Source: Alphaproteobacteria bacterium (GTDB lineage: Bacteria > Pseudomonadota > Alphaproteobacteria > CAAHEQ01 > UBA3637). Taken from it: DNA of 64,000 nucleotides. The stretch lies in NCBI GenBank assembly GCA_045605805.1, contig JAZUQR010000027.1:99908-163907 (forward strand), read 5' to 3'. Positions 39,199 to 49,655 of this stretch are shown here, one piece after another (position 1 is the stretch's first letter; each line of letters opens with the position of its first letter). The notes under the pieces were generated by a model, which saw nothing but the letters and a program-made list of their open reading frames with translations, had not been told where the DNA came from and did not search any database. Made by a program: the position numbers and the translations under genes.

Positions 39199-40104
39199 AT
39201 GCAGGCACCACACATTCCTGTTTTATTAAACGAAGTTTTAACCTATTTGGCCCCAAATGGTGGCACTTTTGTAGACGGTACTTTTGGGGCTGGTGGCTAT
39301 ACAAAAGCCATTTTAGAGGCCCACCCTGAAAACAAAGTGATTGCCTTTGATCGGGACCCAACCACAAAACAAACGGCACTGGCCTTACAAAAACAATTTC
39401 CAAACCGTTTCACATTTGTCCAAGAATGTTTCAGCCAAATGCCCCAACACCTTGATGAACAAGTGGATGGCATTGTGCTGGATATCGGTGTATCCTCCAT
39501 GCAAATTGATACCCCCGAGCGGGGCTTTTCCTTGCGCTTTAACGGCCCATTGGATATGCGTATGGGAGAGTCTGGCCCCACCGCTGCCGATTTAATTAAA
39601 GTCCTGCCTGAATCACAGTTGGCCGATATCCTTTACAAATATGGCGAAGAAAGACAAAGCCGAAAAATTGCCCACGCTTTGAAACAACATCTTCCCCAAA
39701 CAACTTTGGAAATGGCCGATATCATCCACCACATTATGCCTCGCCCCAAAGATGGTTCGGACAGCGCAACTCGTTCTTTTCAAGCCTTGCGCATTGCCGT
39801 GAACAACGAATTAAAAGAATTGGAAACAACGCTTGCCAACGCCCCCGCTTTGTTAAAAGAAAACGGACGCTTGGTGGTGGTTTCGTTCCATTCGCTGGAA
39901 GACAGAATTGTGAAAGACTTTTTACAAAACAATTCCGCCAAAAACACCCATAAAAACAAATATGCGCAATCACAAGAAAAAGAAGGGCTGTTCAAAATCT
40001 TAACCAAAAAACCCATACTGGCCACACAAGACGAACTGGAACAAAATCCCCGTTCGCACAGTGCCAAATTACGGGCCGCCATGCGTACAAAGGAGACTCA
40101 ATGA
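39199..40104 (+). CDS. rsmH: 16S rRNA (cytosine1402-N4)-methyltransferase RsmH (MraW)
   Basis: The sequences MQAPHIPVLLNEVL, DGTFGAGGY and RSFQALRIAVNNEL match RsmH. It is the first gene of the dcw cluster. Confidence 0.95.
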   Translation: MQAPHIPVLLNEVLTYLAPNGGTFVDGTFGAGGYTKAILEAHPENKVIAFDRDPTTKQTALALQKQFPNRFTFVQECFSQMPQHLDEQVDGIVLDIGVSSMQIDTPERGFSLRFNGPLDMRMGESGPTAADLIKVLPESQLADILYKYGEERQSRKIAHALKQHLPQTTLEMADIIHHIMPRPKDGSDSATRSFQALRIAVNNELKELETTLANAPALLKENGRLVVVSFHSLEDRIVKDFLQNNSAKNTHKNKYAQSQEKEGLFKILTKKPILATQDELEQNPRSHSAKLRAAMRTKETQ

Positions 40105-40472
40105 AAAAACTGTTTGTCAATTTTGTATTGCTGTCAATCGCCATCGGTATCGGCATCACATTGTTTTTAATGAAACAACAAGTGGTGGAATACGAAAAAC
40201 AATTGGCCACCCTCAGCACCAAGATTTTACAAGATAAACGCCAAATCCATACACTCAAAGCCGATTGGGCCGTTTTAACCGAACCCTCTCGTCTTAAAAA
40301 ATTGCTGTCCGAAAGCCAAGTGGGCTTCATTCATGCCAATCAAGTTGTTCACGCAGAGGAAGTGGATTTAATTCCTGTACCCATTCCCACACAAAAACCA
40401 TTTGAAGAAACGCAACCGCTGTCTGACGAAGAACCAGCACCTTCTTCCAACACCGAAGGAGAAAATCTATGA
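40101..40472 (+). CDS. ftsL: cell division protein FtsL-like
   Basis: The 123-aa bitopic protein has one transmembrane segment (VLLSIAIGIGITLFL) followed by a coiled coil. It sits between rsmH and ftsI. Confidence 0.6.
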   Translation: MKKLFVNFVLLSIAIGIGITLFLMKQQVVEYEKQLATLSTKILQDKRQIHTLKADWAVLTEPSRLKKLLSESQVGFIHANQVVHAEEVDLIPVPIPTQKPFEETQPLSDEEPAPSSNTEGENL

Positions 40473-42220
40473 AGTTCTTCAAAAAAAACCCAACCTCTTT
40501 TTATGCACCGTGCCAAGAAATCCCAACACCAAAACGGGAAAAGGAACGCTATCTGGATGCGGCCACACAAAAAAGCCTGCGCACCGCCAAGAACCGCATT
40601 TTGATTATCGGTTTGGCTTTTTTATCCTTGCTGTTTATCATTTGGGGCCGGCTGTTTTATCTGACGGTTTTAAGCTACGACAAAACCCCCATCAAAACAT
40701 CCCAATGGGATACAGACGAAAAACTGCCCCGCTATAACATTGTGGACAGAAACGGCGTGGTATTGGCCACCACACTCACCTCGTGGGATATATCCGTCAA
40801 TCCTAAAAAAGTGGAAAATCCCGAAGAAGTCGCCAAAAAAATACACGAAAAATTGCCCGATTTACAGGAAAAAGAATTGCTTCAAAAACTCACTTCAAAA
40901 AGCAATTTCAAATACATCAAACGAGGCGCAACGCCCAAAGAATTGGAAGCTGTCAATTGGCTTGGCTATCACTTTTTAACCTATGAAGCCGTCAATACCC
41001 GAGCCTACCCACAAGGCCCTTTATTTTCGCATATACTGGGAGGTGTCAACATTGATAATGTGGGCATATCAGGCATAGAAAAAGCCTTTGATAACGAATT
41101 AAAAAAAGCGCAACTGCAACTCTCACTAGATACTTCTGTACAAGAAGCCGTACGAAGCAACCTTTTGAAAAGTATAGAAAAATTCAAAGCAGAAGGGGCT
41201 TTTGGCTTGGTAATGGACATTCACACAGGGGAATTATTGGCAAGCGTTTCTCTGCCTGATTATGATCCGGAAAAACCAGTTGGTAAAGACCCTTCTGTAC
41301 GCTTTAATATGCCCACATTGGGGGTTTATGAATTCGGTTCTGTCTTAAAATTATTCAACACAGCCATGGCATTGGAAAACAAAATCATCAAAGAAACAGA
41401 CATCATAGATGCCTCTGCGCCATTAAAAATCGGGCGCAAACAAATTGAAGATTTTCGGGGGCAAAACCGCCCACTCAGCACCACCGAAGTCTTGATGCAT
41501 TCGTCTAACATTGCCTCGGCCAAAATTGCTTTGCAGGCAGGCTATGAAAAACAACGGGAGTTTTTACAACGCTTTCACTTATTTGATAAATTATCCATAC
41601 CTTTACCCGAACGAGGTACGCCCATTTACAACACAAAAGAAAAATGGGCGGATATAGAAACGGCCAATGTGGCTTTTGGCTATGGTCTGGCCACAACCGC
41701 CCTACATCTGGCAGCCGGAGTATCAGCTTTAACAAACGGTGGATTTTATAATGTACCGACTTTCCTAAAAGAAGGAAACAAAAACAAACCAACAACAAAA
41801 GTCTTAGATACCGACATATCCCAAAAACTGCGTCATATGATGTGGGCCGTTTTGAATTGGGATATTTGGACAAAGAATGTGGCCAAACACTATGCCGTTG
41901 GGGGCAAAACAGGCACAGCAAACATCAAAGAACAAGGCGGTTATAATACCGATAAAATTCGGGCCTCCTTTGTGGGCGTTTTTCCAATTGATAACCCGCA
42001 ATATCTTGTCCAAGTCACCTTACTCAATCCACAAAGATTAAAAGAAACCTTGATGTTGAATAATGCCGGATGGAACGCCCGCCCCACCGGATTAAATATC
42101 ATCAGCGAAATTGCCCCTTATCTGAATGTGGCTCCTGTCACCGACTATCAACCACCGGAATATGTCCAACAGGCCATTGAAACTTCTTTAATTAAAAACA
42201 AAAGGAAAAAAGCACAATGA
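40469..42220 (+). CDS. ftsI: peptidoglycan D,D-transpeptidase FtsI (PBP3)
   Basis: The protein has an N-terminal transmembrane anchor and a PBP dimerisation domain. The transpeptidase motifs are present, SVLK (SxxK), SSN and KTGT. Confidence 0.9.
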   Translation: MKFFKKNPTSFYAPCQEIPTPKREKERYLDAATQKSLRTAKNRILIIGLAFLSLLFIIWGRLFYLTVLSYDKTPIKTSQWDTDEKLPRYNIVDRNGVVLATTLTSWDISVNPKKVENPEEVAKKIHEKLPDLQEKELLQKLTSKSNFKYIKRGATPKELEAVNWLGYHFLTYEAVNTRAYPQGPLFSHILGGVNIDNVGISGIEKAFDNELKKAQLQLSLDTSVQEAVRSNLLKSIEKFKAEGAFGLVMDIHTGELLASVSLPDYDPEKPVGKDPSVRFNMPTLGVYEFGSVLKLFNTAMALENKIIKETDIIDASAPLKIGRKQIEDFRGQNRPLSTTEVLMHSSNIASAKIALQAGYEKQREFLQRFHLFDKLSIPLPERGTPIYNTKEKWADIETANVAFGYGLATTALHLAAGVSALTNGGFYNVPTFLKEGNKNKPTTKVLDTDISQKLRHMMWAVLNWDIWTKNVAKHYAVGGKTGTANIKEQGGYNTDKIRASFVGVFPIDNPQYLVQVTLLNPQRLKETLMLNNAGWNARPTGLNIISEIAPYLNVAPVTDYQPPEYVQQAIETSLIKNKRKKAQ

Positions 42221-45006
42221 ACTTAAAAGAATTAGGATTTCAACACGATTTACAAATTACAGGCATCACCGAAAAAGCATCCGAAGTAAAAAAGGGTGAT
42301 CTCTTTTGCGCCTTAAAAGGCACAACGGCAAACGGGGCTGATTTTATTCCTGAGGCCATCAAAAACGGAGCTGTAGCTGTTTTAACAAACCAACCTGTCA
42401 CAGCCGATATTCCTGTGATTCAGGTTGAAAATCCTCGTGCTGTTTTAACACAAATTGCCAATAAAATCTATCCTTCCGATAAACTGGAAAAAGTGGCCGT
42501 CACCGGCACAAATGGCAAAACATCCACCGTTTATTATGTGGCCGAAATTATGAACGCCCTTGGCACTTTAAGTGCCAGCATGGGAACGGTTGGTATTCAA
42601 GCCCCCACCTTTCAATTAAAGGGGAATATGACCACACCGGACGCCGTTTCCTTAAATAAAACTTTGCATCTTCTGCAAGAAAAAAACATTCAAGTCGTGG
42701 CGATGGAAGCATCCAGCCATGGGCTTCATCAAGGGCGTTTGTCGGGCAATCTTATCAAAGCAGCCGCCTTCACCAATTTAACCCGAGATCATTTGGATTA
42801 TCACAAAACCATGGAAAATTATCTGCAAGCAAAAACTTTGCTGTTCACACAAAATATGGTTCCAAACGGTACAGCGGTTTTGAATGCAGATATCCCCGAA
42901 TATGAATTCTTAAAACAAATCTGTACAAACCAAAACCTGACAATGATCAGCTATGGCAAACAAGGGGAAACATTAAAACTGATAAGCCAAAAACCCACCC
43001 CAAACGGGCAAGAATTGGTTGTCAAAGTACAAAATAAAGAACACTTGATTCCCATACAGATTTATGGTGATTTTCAAGCCTATAACATCTTGGCTGCTGT
43101 TGGCTTGTGTATGGGACTTGGCAAAACATTTGAACAAATCCTGCCAATACTATCCACATTAAAAGCCCCCAATGGTCGCTTGGAAAATGTGGGAGAAACA
43201 CCCAATGGGGCCCGGATTTTTGTGGATTATGCCCATACACCGGACGCATTGGAACGAGTCCTTTGCTCTTTGCGTCCACACACAAAAAACAAGCTGTGCT
43301 GTCTGTTCGGTTGTGGAGGGAATCGGGATACAGGCAAACGCCCGCAAATGGGTGAAATTGCCAACCGCTTGGCCGATAAGGTCTATATCACCGATGATAA
43401 TCCCCGCAACGAAGAACCGGCCCTTATCCGTCAGGCTATTCAACAAGCCTGTCCCAAAGGAAAAAGTTTTAACAACCGCCAACAAGCCATTTGCCAAGCC
43501 ATTTCAGAATTAGAAAAAGGCGATATTTTGGTGTTGGCCGGAAAAGGGCACGAATCGGGGCAAACCATCCAAAACATAACCTATCCGTTCAATGATAAAA
43601 TTGAAGCACAACTCTGCCTTAAATCATTAAAAGAGCCACCGTTGTGGACAAGTTCAGAATTACAAATGGCCTTGAATACAGCTGTGGATAAAAATATCTG
43701 GGCAAGTGGGGTGAAGTTTGACTCACGCACCATAGAACTGGGGGATATATTTGTCGCCTTAAAAACCGAACAAAATGATGGCCATAACTATGTCACGCAA
43801 GCGTTGGAAAAAGGAGCCAGTGCATGCATTGTCAATCACCCGATAGAAACAGTTTTACAAAGCAAACAAATCGTTGTGCCAAACACCTTACAGGCCTTGG
43901 AATCCTTGGCCCGTTTTGCCCGTATGCGCACCATGGCACAGGTCATTGGCATCACAGGAAGCTGTGGCAAAACAAGCACAAAAGAAATGATTGCACAATG
44001 TCTTGCTAAACAAGGCAAAACACACGCCACACAAAAAAACTTTAATAATGACTTGGGCGTACCATACACATTGGCCAATATGCCAGCCGACACACAATAT
44101 GCAGTGATTGAAATGGGTATCAGCCACCCCAACGAAATGGCTCAACTATCCGATTTTGTGCGTCCCAATGTCACCTTGATAACAAACATTGCCCCAGCTC
44201 ATCAAGAGTTTTTTGAAAACACAAAAGCGATTGCCAGTGAAAAAATACACATTGTTGATTTTCAAGATAAAACAGGCTGTATTTTGCTAAATGCAGACGA
44301 TGAACTGTGTCAATTTTTGGCCGATACAGCCACCCAAAAAGGTGTACGAAAAATTGTGCGTTTTGGACATTCAGACAAAGCCGATACACAACTGATAACC
44401 GCTGTCCCACAAAACGATAGCACAAAAGTGCACTTAAAAATGCAAGGCGAAAAAATAGATTTGACCTTACAATTTATCGGCCAACACTTTGCCTTAAACT
44501 GTGCGGCCGCCCTGTCTGCCATAGAAGCTGTTGGCGCAAGTGTGGATCAAGCAATTTATGACATACAAACCCTGTCTCCCGTTCAAGGCAGAGGGGCTGT
44601 TTTCACCTGTACAATTGAAGGGAAAACCGTTCATTTAATTGATGATGCCTATAATGCCAATCCGCTATCCATGCAATCCAGTTTACGGGCATTTGGCGCA
44701 CGAGAAGGGCAAAAAATTGCCGTTTTAGGGGATATGTTGGAATTGGGCGAAAAATCCCTTAAAATGCATCTTGACATCTTAAACGAGTTAGCGCAAAATA
44801 ACATCAGCAAATTATATGCTGTTGGTCCCATCATGAGCCAAGCTTTTGATTTGGCCCCTCCCGACATACAAGGTGCTAAAACCCTATCGGCAGAATCATT
44901 GGCCGATATTTTAAGGCACAACCTGCAAGACGGAGATTGGGTTTTATTCAAGGCCTCTCATGGAATGAACCTTTCAGCATTGATTCAAAAATTAAAAGGA
45001 GAATAA
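42217..45006 (+). CDS. murE: fused UDP-MurNAc-tripeptide synthetase MurE (N-terminal ~470 aa) and UDP-MurNAc-pentapeptide synthetase MurF (C-terminal ~455 aa)
   Basis: The ORF is a single 929-aa reading frame. The first part has the MurE signature (GTNGKTSTVYYVAEI..., DNPRNEEP). The second part is MurF (...LWTSSELQMALNTAV..., GITGSCGKTSTKEMIA, DDAYNANPLSM). No stop codon separates them. Confidence 0.85.
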   Translation: MNLKELGFQHDLQITGITEKASEVKKGDLFCALKGTTANGADFIPEAIKNGAVAVLTNQPVTADIPVIQVENPRAVLTQIANKIYPSDKLEKVAVTGTNGKTSTVYYVAEIMNALGTLSASMGTVGIQAPTFQLKGNMTTPDAVSLNKTLHLLQEKNIQVVAMEASSHGLHQGRLSGNLIKAAAFTNLTRDHLDYHKTMENYLQAKTLLFTQNMVPNGTAVLNADIPEYEFLKQICTNQNLTMISYGKQGETLKLISQKPTPNGQELVVKVQNKEHLIPIQIYGDFQAYNILAAVGLCMGLGKTFEQILPILSTLKAPNGRLENVGETPNGARIFVDYAHTPDALERVLCSLRPHTKNKLCCLFGCGGNRDTGKRPQMGEIANRLADKVYITDDNPRNEEPALIRQAIQQACPKGKSFNNRQQAICQAISELEKGDILVLAGKGHESGQTIQNITYPFNDKIEAQLCLKSLKEPPLWTSSELQMALNTAVDKNIWASGVKFDSRTIELGDIFVALKTEQNDGHNYVTQALEKGASACIVNHPIETVLQSKQIVVPNTLQALESLARFARMRTMAQVIGITGSCGKTSTKEMIAQCLAKQGKTHATQKNFNNDLGVPYTLANMPADTQYAVIEMGISHPNEMAQLSDFVRPNVTLITNIAPAHQEFFENTKAIASEKIHIVDFQDKTGCILLNADDELCQFLADTATQKGVRKIVRFGHSDKADTQLITAVPQNDSTKVHLKMQGEKIDLTLQFIGQHFALNCAAALSAIEAVGASVDQAIYDIQTLSPVQGRGAVFTCTIEGKTVHLIDDAYNANPLSMQSSLRAFGAREGQKIAVLGDMLELGEKSLKMHLDILNELAQNNISKLYAVGPIMSQAFDLAPPDIQGAKTLSAESLADILRHNLQDGDWVLFKASHGMNLSALIQKLKGE

Positions 45007-45007
45007 A

Positions 45008-46051
45008 ATGTTTGTATTATTAGATTGGTTGAACACCCCCTTGTCTCGCATGGGATTTGCCTTTTTCACTGCCTTGATTTTAACGCTGTGGATGGGGCCG
45101 AATTTAATCGGCTGGTTAAAGAAAAAACAAGGCGAAGGACAACCCATTCGGGAATGTGGTCCTGAAACACATCTGGCCAAAAAAGGCACCCCCACTATGG
45201 GCGGGATTATGATTTTACTGGCGGCCACCGTCTCAGCCTTGCTATGGACAAATCTGACCAACGCTTATGTCTGGATTTTATTGGGAACTTTGTGGGGCTT
45301 TGGTCTGGTTGGTGCTGTGGATGACTATCTTAAACTCACCCATAACAACAGTGCAAAAGGTGTCCCCGGTCGCACCCGATTAGTCATAGAGTTTACCTTA
45401 TCATTACTGGCCTGTTTGGGCATGATGTACTTTGGCCACGCAACCACACAAACAACTTTAACAATTCCATTTTATAAAAACATTTTAATAGATTTATCCA
45501 TTTTTTATATTCCCTTTGCCATGTTTGTCATGGTAGGGGCGGCCAATTCTGTCAATTTAACAGACGGATTGGATGGATTGGTAAGTGTTCCCGTTATCAT
45601 GACACTGATTGTTTTTGGTCTCATCGCATGGAGTGTTGGTATACCTGATTTAAGCCACATTTACTTACAAGGCACACAGGAACTAACAGTTCTTTGTTGC
45701 GCCTTAACAGGGGCAGTTTTGGGTTTTTTATGGTACAACTGTCATCCAGCAAAAGTGTTTATGGGAGATACAGGCTCTTTAGCATTAGGTGGTTTTATCG
45801 GGGCAATAGCTGTGGCCACAAAACACGAAATTATATTGGCTATCACAGGGGCTATTTTTGTTGTGGAAGCCTTGTCTGTTATGATTCAGGTAGCCTCATA
45901 TAAATTGCGTGGCAAACGGGTGTTTTTAATGGCGCCTATTCACCATCATTTTGAAAAGATGGGCTGGCACGAAACAACAGTTGTGACACGATTTTGGATT
46001 TTGTCCGTTTTCTTGGCCGTCTTGGCTTTAACAATTTTGACTTTAAGTTAA
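45008..46051 (+). CDS. mraY: phospho-N-acetylmuramoyl-pentapeptide transferase MraY
   Basis: The sequences GTPTMGGIMIL and NSVNLTDGLDGL and the HHHFE motif are present. The length is 347 aa. Confidence 0.95.
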   Translation: MFVLLDWLNTPLSRMGFAFFTALILTLWMGPNLIGWLKKKQGEGQPIRECGPETHLAKKGTPTMGGIMILLAATVSALLWTNLTNAYVWILLGTLWGFGLVGAVDDYLKLTHNNSAKGVPGRTRLVIEFTLSLLACLGMMYFGHATTQTTLTIPFYKNILIDLSIFYIPFAMFVMVGAANSVNLTDGLDGLVSVPVIMTLIVFGLIAWSVGIPDLSHIYLQGTQELTVLCCALTGAVLGFLWYNCHPAKVFMGDTGSLALGGFIGAIAVATKHEIILAITGAIFVVEALSVMIQVASYKLRGKRVFLMAPIHHHFEKMGWHETTVVTRFWILSVFLAVLALTILTLS

Positions 46052-46070
46052 AAAAAGGCATAAACACACC

Positions 46071-47192
46071 ATGAAATGGATCAACAAACTGAAAAAAAAC
46101 ATCACAACACAATACCGCAGCTTAGACAGAGGTATTTTGTACAGTGCTTTGCTGTTGATGTTTTTCGGTTTATTTTTAACCTTTGCAGCCGGCCCTGTTG
46201 TGGCCGAAAGACGCAACTATGAATGGTTTCATTTCATCTATAAACACCTTATTTTTATGCCCATCGGTATCGGTCTTTTAATCAGTACAGCACTGTTGCC
46301 GTTAAAATGGGCCAGAAGGGTTGGCTTTTTGGTTTTTGTCGGGGCAATTTGTGGTATGATTGCAGTTCTTCTGTTTGGCACACGATTTCAAGGGGCTTCT
46401 CGCTGGATAAACATTGCCGGCATCTCGGTTCAACCTTCCGAATTTATCAAACCTGCCTTTGCCATTGTGGCCGCATGGTGCTTAGCACGAGGCAAACTGA
46501 TTCGGCAATCTCATGGCTATCTGTGGGCATGGGGCCTATGGGGAATAATTGTGCTTTTATTGGGGGCTCAACCTGATTTTGGAATGATTATCACCATCAC
46601 CGCCATCTTTGGCACCGAGATATTTTTGTCCGGCCTGCCATGGGCAATTATTATTGCAATCGGCACATTATTTGCCTCCCTTGTCCCTACAGCCTATTTT
46701 ATGTTTGAACATGTCCGACACAGATTTGATGTCTTTTTCAATCCCACAACCGAAAACGCCTATCAAGTGCGTCAGTCTATGGAAACATTAAAAAATGCCG
46801 GTTGGTTTGGCAAAGGGCCAGGGGAAGGTGTGGTGAAATACACTCTACCAGATGCACATACAGACTTTATCATGGCTGTATCAGCCGAAGAGTTTGGTTT
46901 TATTTTATCCAGCGTTATTATCATAACATTTATGTATATCATCTTCAAAGGCATGCGACAAATTCGGCAAAACAACAACTATTTTGTCCAACTGGCTATT
47001 GGGGGTTTGATCACCCAAATTGCCGTTCAATCCATCATCAATTTGGGATCCACCTTAAATCTATTGCCCACCAAAGGCATGACCTTACCGTTGATTTCAT
47101 ATGGTGGTTCGTCATTGGTATCCATGGCCTTTGCGTTTGGCCTGATATTAGCTTTTACAAAACAACAAACTTTCTCAAGGGGGTTAGAATGA
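46071..47192 (+). CDS. ftsW: peptidoglycan glycosyltransferase FtsW (SEDS family)
   Basis: The protein has 10 transmembrane segments and the SEDS motifs PDFGMIITITAIF and LPTKGMTLPLISYGGSS. It follows mraY directly, so no murD lies between them. Confidence 0.9.
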   Translation: MKWINKLKKNITTQYRSLDRGILYSALLLMFFGLFLTFAAGPVVAERRNYEWFHFIYKHLIFMPIGIGLLISTALLPLKWARRVGFLVFVGAICGMIAVLLFGTRFQGASRWINIAGISVQPSEFIKPAFAIVAAWCLARGKLIRQSHGYLWAWGLWGIIVLLLGAQPDFGMIITITAIFGTEIFLSGLPWAIIIAIGTLFASLVPTAYFMFEHVRHRFDVFFNPTTENAYQVRQSMETLKNAGWFGKGPGEGVVKYTLPDAHTDFIMAVSAEEFGFILSSVIIITFMYIIFKGMRQIRQNNNYFVQLAIGGLITQIAVQSIINLGSTLNLLPTKGMTLPLISYGGSSLVSMAFAFGLILAFTKQQTFSRGLE

Positions 47193-48286
47193 CACAAAAA
47201 ACAATCGTTTTAACAACAGGTGGCTCTGGTGGCCATATTTTTCCGGCCCAAAGCGTGGCAACAGAACTGTTAAAGCGGGGCTATAAAGTAATTTTTATCA
47301 CAGATAAACGGGGCAACGCTTTTCAAAATCTGCCCGAAGTAAAAACCTATCGTTTGGCGGCCGAATCTGTGACAGGGCGTTCTGTATTTGGTAAAATCAC
47401 CGCCTTATTCAAACTGTGGCTTGGATCGGTTCAGGCCATGAAATTATTATTTCAAATCAAACCTGATTTGGTCATCGGCTTTGGTGGATATGCCTCCATT
47501 CCAACAGTTTTAAGCGCCCACATGATGCGCCTGCCGGTTATCTTGCACGAACAAAATGCCATTTTGGGCCGAGCGAATCGGATTGCCGCCAAAGGCACAC
47601 GCATGATTGCCACCTCGTTCGCTCATGTACAACGCATTCCCAATAACATTCCGTCCATTCATGTGGGACAACCGGTACGCCAACCAATTTTGGATAAAGC
47701 AAATGCCCCTTATCCACAAAGTGAGACATTCAATTTGTTGATTTTTGGGGGCAGCCAAGGGGCCCGTTTTTTCAGCGAACACTTGCCCCAAGTTTTAATG
47801 GACTTGCCAACAGAATATCGCCAGAAAATCATCCTAACACAGCAAGTGCGCCCCGAAGATGAAGAAAAGGTAAAACAAGCCTATGAAAAGGCTCAATTCA
47901 AACAATTGACATTGGCCCCATTTTTCAAAAATATGCCTGATCTTTTTGAACAAGCCAATTTAGTCATCGGACGAGGTGGAGCCGGCACATTGACCGAAGT
48001 AATGGTGGTGGGTCGCCCTGCTTTGATTATTCCTTTGCCATCCGCTGCCGATAATCATCAAGCAGCCAATGCCAAGGAATTGGAACAAGCCAAGGCCGGT
48101 TGGGTTTTGGAACAAAAAGACTTTGATGCAAAAAAATTAACCCAACAGCTCAAAGAATGGATAGACAATCCAACCCTTCTGAAAGAAATGGGCCAAAAAG
48201 CACATAATGTTGCCATCATCAACGCCGCCGAACGCATGGCAGATATTGTGGATGATATCACAAAAGGGGTCAACAATGACATCTAG
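47189..48286 (+). CDS. murG: UDP-GlcNAc:undecaprenyl-PP-MurNAc-pentapeptide GlcNAc transferase MurG
   Basis: The sequence MTQKTIVLTTGGSGGHIFPAQSVA is the MurG N-terminus. The start overlaps the ftsW stop (ATGA). The ORF-track extension to 46802 is spurious. Confidence 0.9.
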   Translation: MTQKTIVLTTGGSGGHIFPAQSVATELLKRGYKVIFITDKRGNAFQNLPEVKTYRLAAESVTGRSVFGKITALFKLWLGSVQAMKLLFQIKPDLVIGFGGYASIPTVLSAHMMRLPVILHEQNAILGRANRIAAKGTRMIATSFAHVQRIPNNIPSIHVGQPVRQPILDKANAPYPQSETFNLLIFGGSQGARFFSEHLPQVLMDLPTEYRQKIILTQQVRPEDEEKVKQAYEKAQFKQLTLAPFFKNMPDLFEQANLVIGRGGAGTLTEVMVVGRPALIIPLPSAADNHQAANAKELEQAKAGWVLEQKDFDAKKLTQQLKEWIDNPTLLKEMGQKAHNVAIINAAERMADIVDDITKGVNNDI

Positions 48287-49655
48287 TTTTGATTTTAAGC
48301 GTGTCCATTTTGTGGGCATTGGGGGCATCGGCATGAGTGCCATTGCAGAAATGGTTCAAGCATTGGGCATTCCTGTGCAAGGTTCGGACAAAAGTGAAAA
48401 TGACAACATCAAGCGGTTAAAGCAAAAAAATATCCGCATTTTTTCAAATCATAGTCCCGAAAATCTCTTAGGGGCTGATGTCGTGGTCTATTCCACCGCC
48501 ACCAAAAACAATATAGAAGTTTTAACAGCACAACAACAAGGCATTGCCATTGCTCATCGTTCTGAAATGTTGGCCGAATTATTAAAATTAAAAAAAAGCA
48601 TTTGCGTGGCTGGCACACATGGAAAAACCACAACCAGTTCTTTAATCGCAAGCATTTTAATGGCAGCCGACTTAGATCCCAGTTTCATCATTGGGGGCAT
48701 CTTAAACAGCAACCATTCTAACGCCAAAATGGGCAAAGGTGATTGGGTTGTGGCCGAAGCCGATGAATCAGACGGTTCTTTTTTGCGACTGCCATCCACC
48801 ATTTCTGTTGTCACCAACATAGACGCAGAACACATGGACTATTACAAAACATTTGACCACGAAAAAAGTTGTTTTTTAACCATGCTCAACCAAACGGCTT
48901 TTTATGGCATCAATGTGGTGTGTATGGACCACCCTGTCATACGGGAATTATTACCGAAAATCAAAGACCGTCCAACCATTACCTATGGGTTAAGCCCCTT
49001 GGCAGATGTCTATGCCACACAAATAACACCCACACAAACCGGATCATGTTTTAACCTTTGTGCAAAAATCAACAACACTTCTTTTACAATTGAAAATGTG
49101 TGTTTGAATATGATGGGCGAACATAACATCCAAAATGCTTTGGCAGCCGTTGCTGTGGCATTGCACTTAAAAATCCCACCGCAAATAATCAAAAAAGCAC
49201 TGGCCGAGTTTCAAGGCATTCAACGACGGCTAACTTTGCGTGGTTTTTTTCATCATGCACTGGTTTATGATGATTATGCCCATCATCCAAACGAAATAAA
49301 AGCCACCTTATCTGCCTTAAAAGCACATTCCAGTGGTCGTTTAATTGCTTTGTGGCAACCCCACAGATGGTCACGCTTTAACGATTTATACTTTGATTTT
49401 TTGAACGCTTTTGAATTGGCAGATGAAGTTTGTGTCACACCAATTTATGCAGCCGGAGAAACACCTCCCGAAAACAGCCAAAACCCAACTGATTTTACCG
49501 CAACATTGGGAAAAGTGAAACCAACCCATTTTGCCAAATTGGAAGAAATGGAAGAACACTTACAAAACATCTTAAATCCAAATGATACTTTGGTCTGTTT
49601 GGGCGCAGGCTCTGTGTCTTTATTTTCAAAAGAACTTGTGAAAAAGGAAAAGTAA
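48276..49655 (+). CDS. murC: UDP-N-acetylmuramate--L-alanine ligase MurC
   Basis: The sequence RVHFVGIGGIGMSAIAEMV and the motif GTHGKTTTSS are present. The start is at 48276 (MTSSFDF...). Confidence 0.9.
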   Translation: MTSSFDFKRVHFVGIGGIGMSAIAEMVQALGIPVQGSDKSENDNIKRLKQKNIRIFSNHSPENLLGADVVVYSTATKNNIEVLTAQQQGIAIAHRSEMLAELLKLKKSICVAGTHGKTTTSSLIASILMAADLDPSFIIGGILNSNHSNAKMGKGDWVVAEADESDGSFLRLPSTISVVTNIDAEHMDYYKTFDHEKSCFLTMLNQTAFYGINVVCMDHPVIRELLPKIKDRPTITYGLSPLADVYATQITPTQTGSCFNLCAKINNTSFTIENVCLNMMGEHNIQNALAAVAVALHLKIPPQIIKKALAEFQGIQRRLTLRGFFHHALVYDDYAHHPNEIKATLSALKAHSSGRLIALWQPHRWSRFNDLYFDFLNAFELADEVCVTPIYAAGETPPENSQNPTDFTATLGKVKPTHFAKLEEMEEHLQNILNPNDTLVCLGAGSVSLFSKELVKKEK

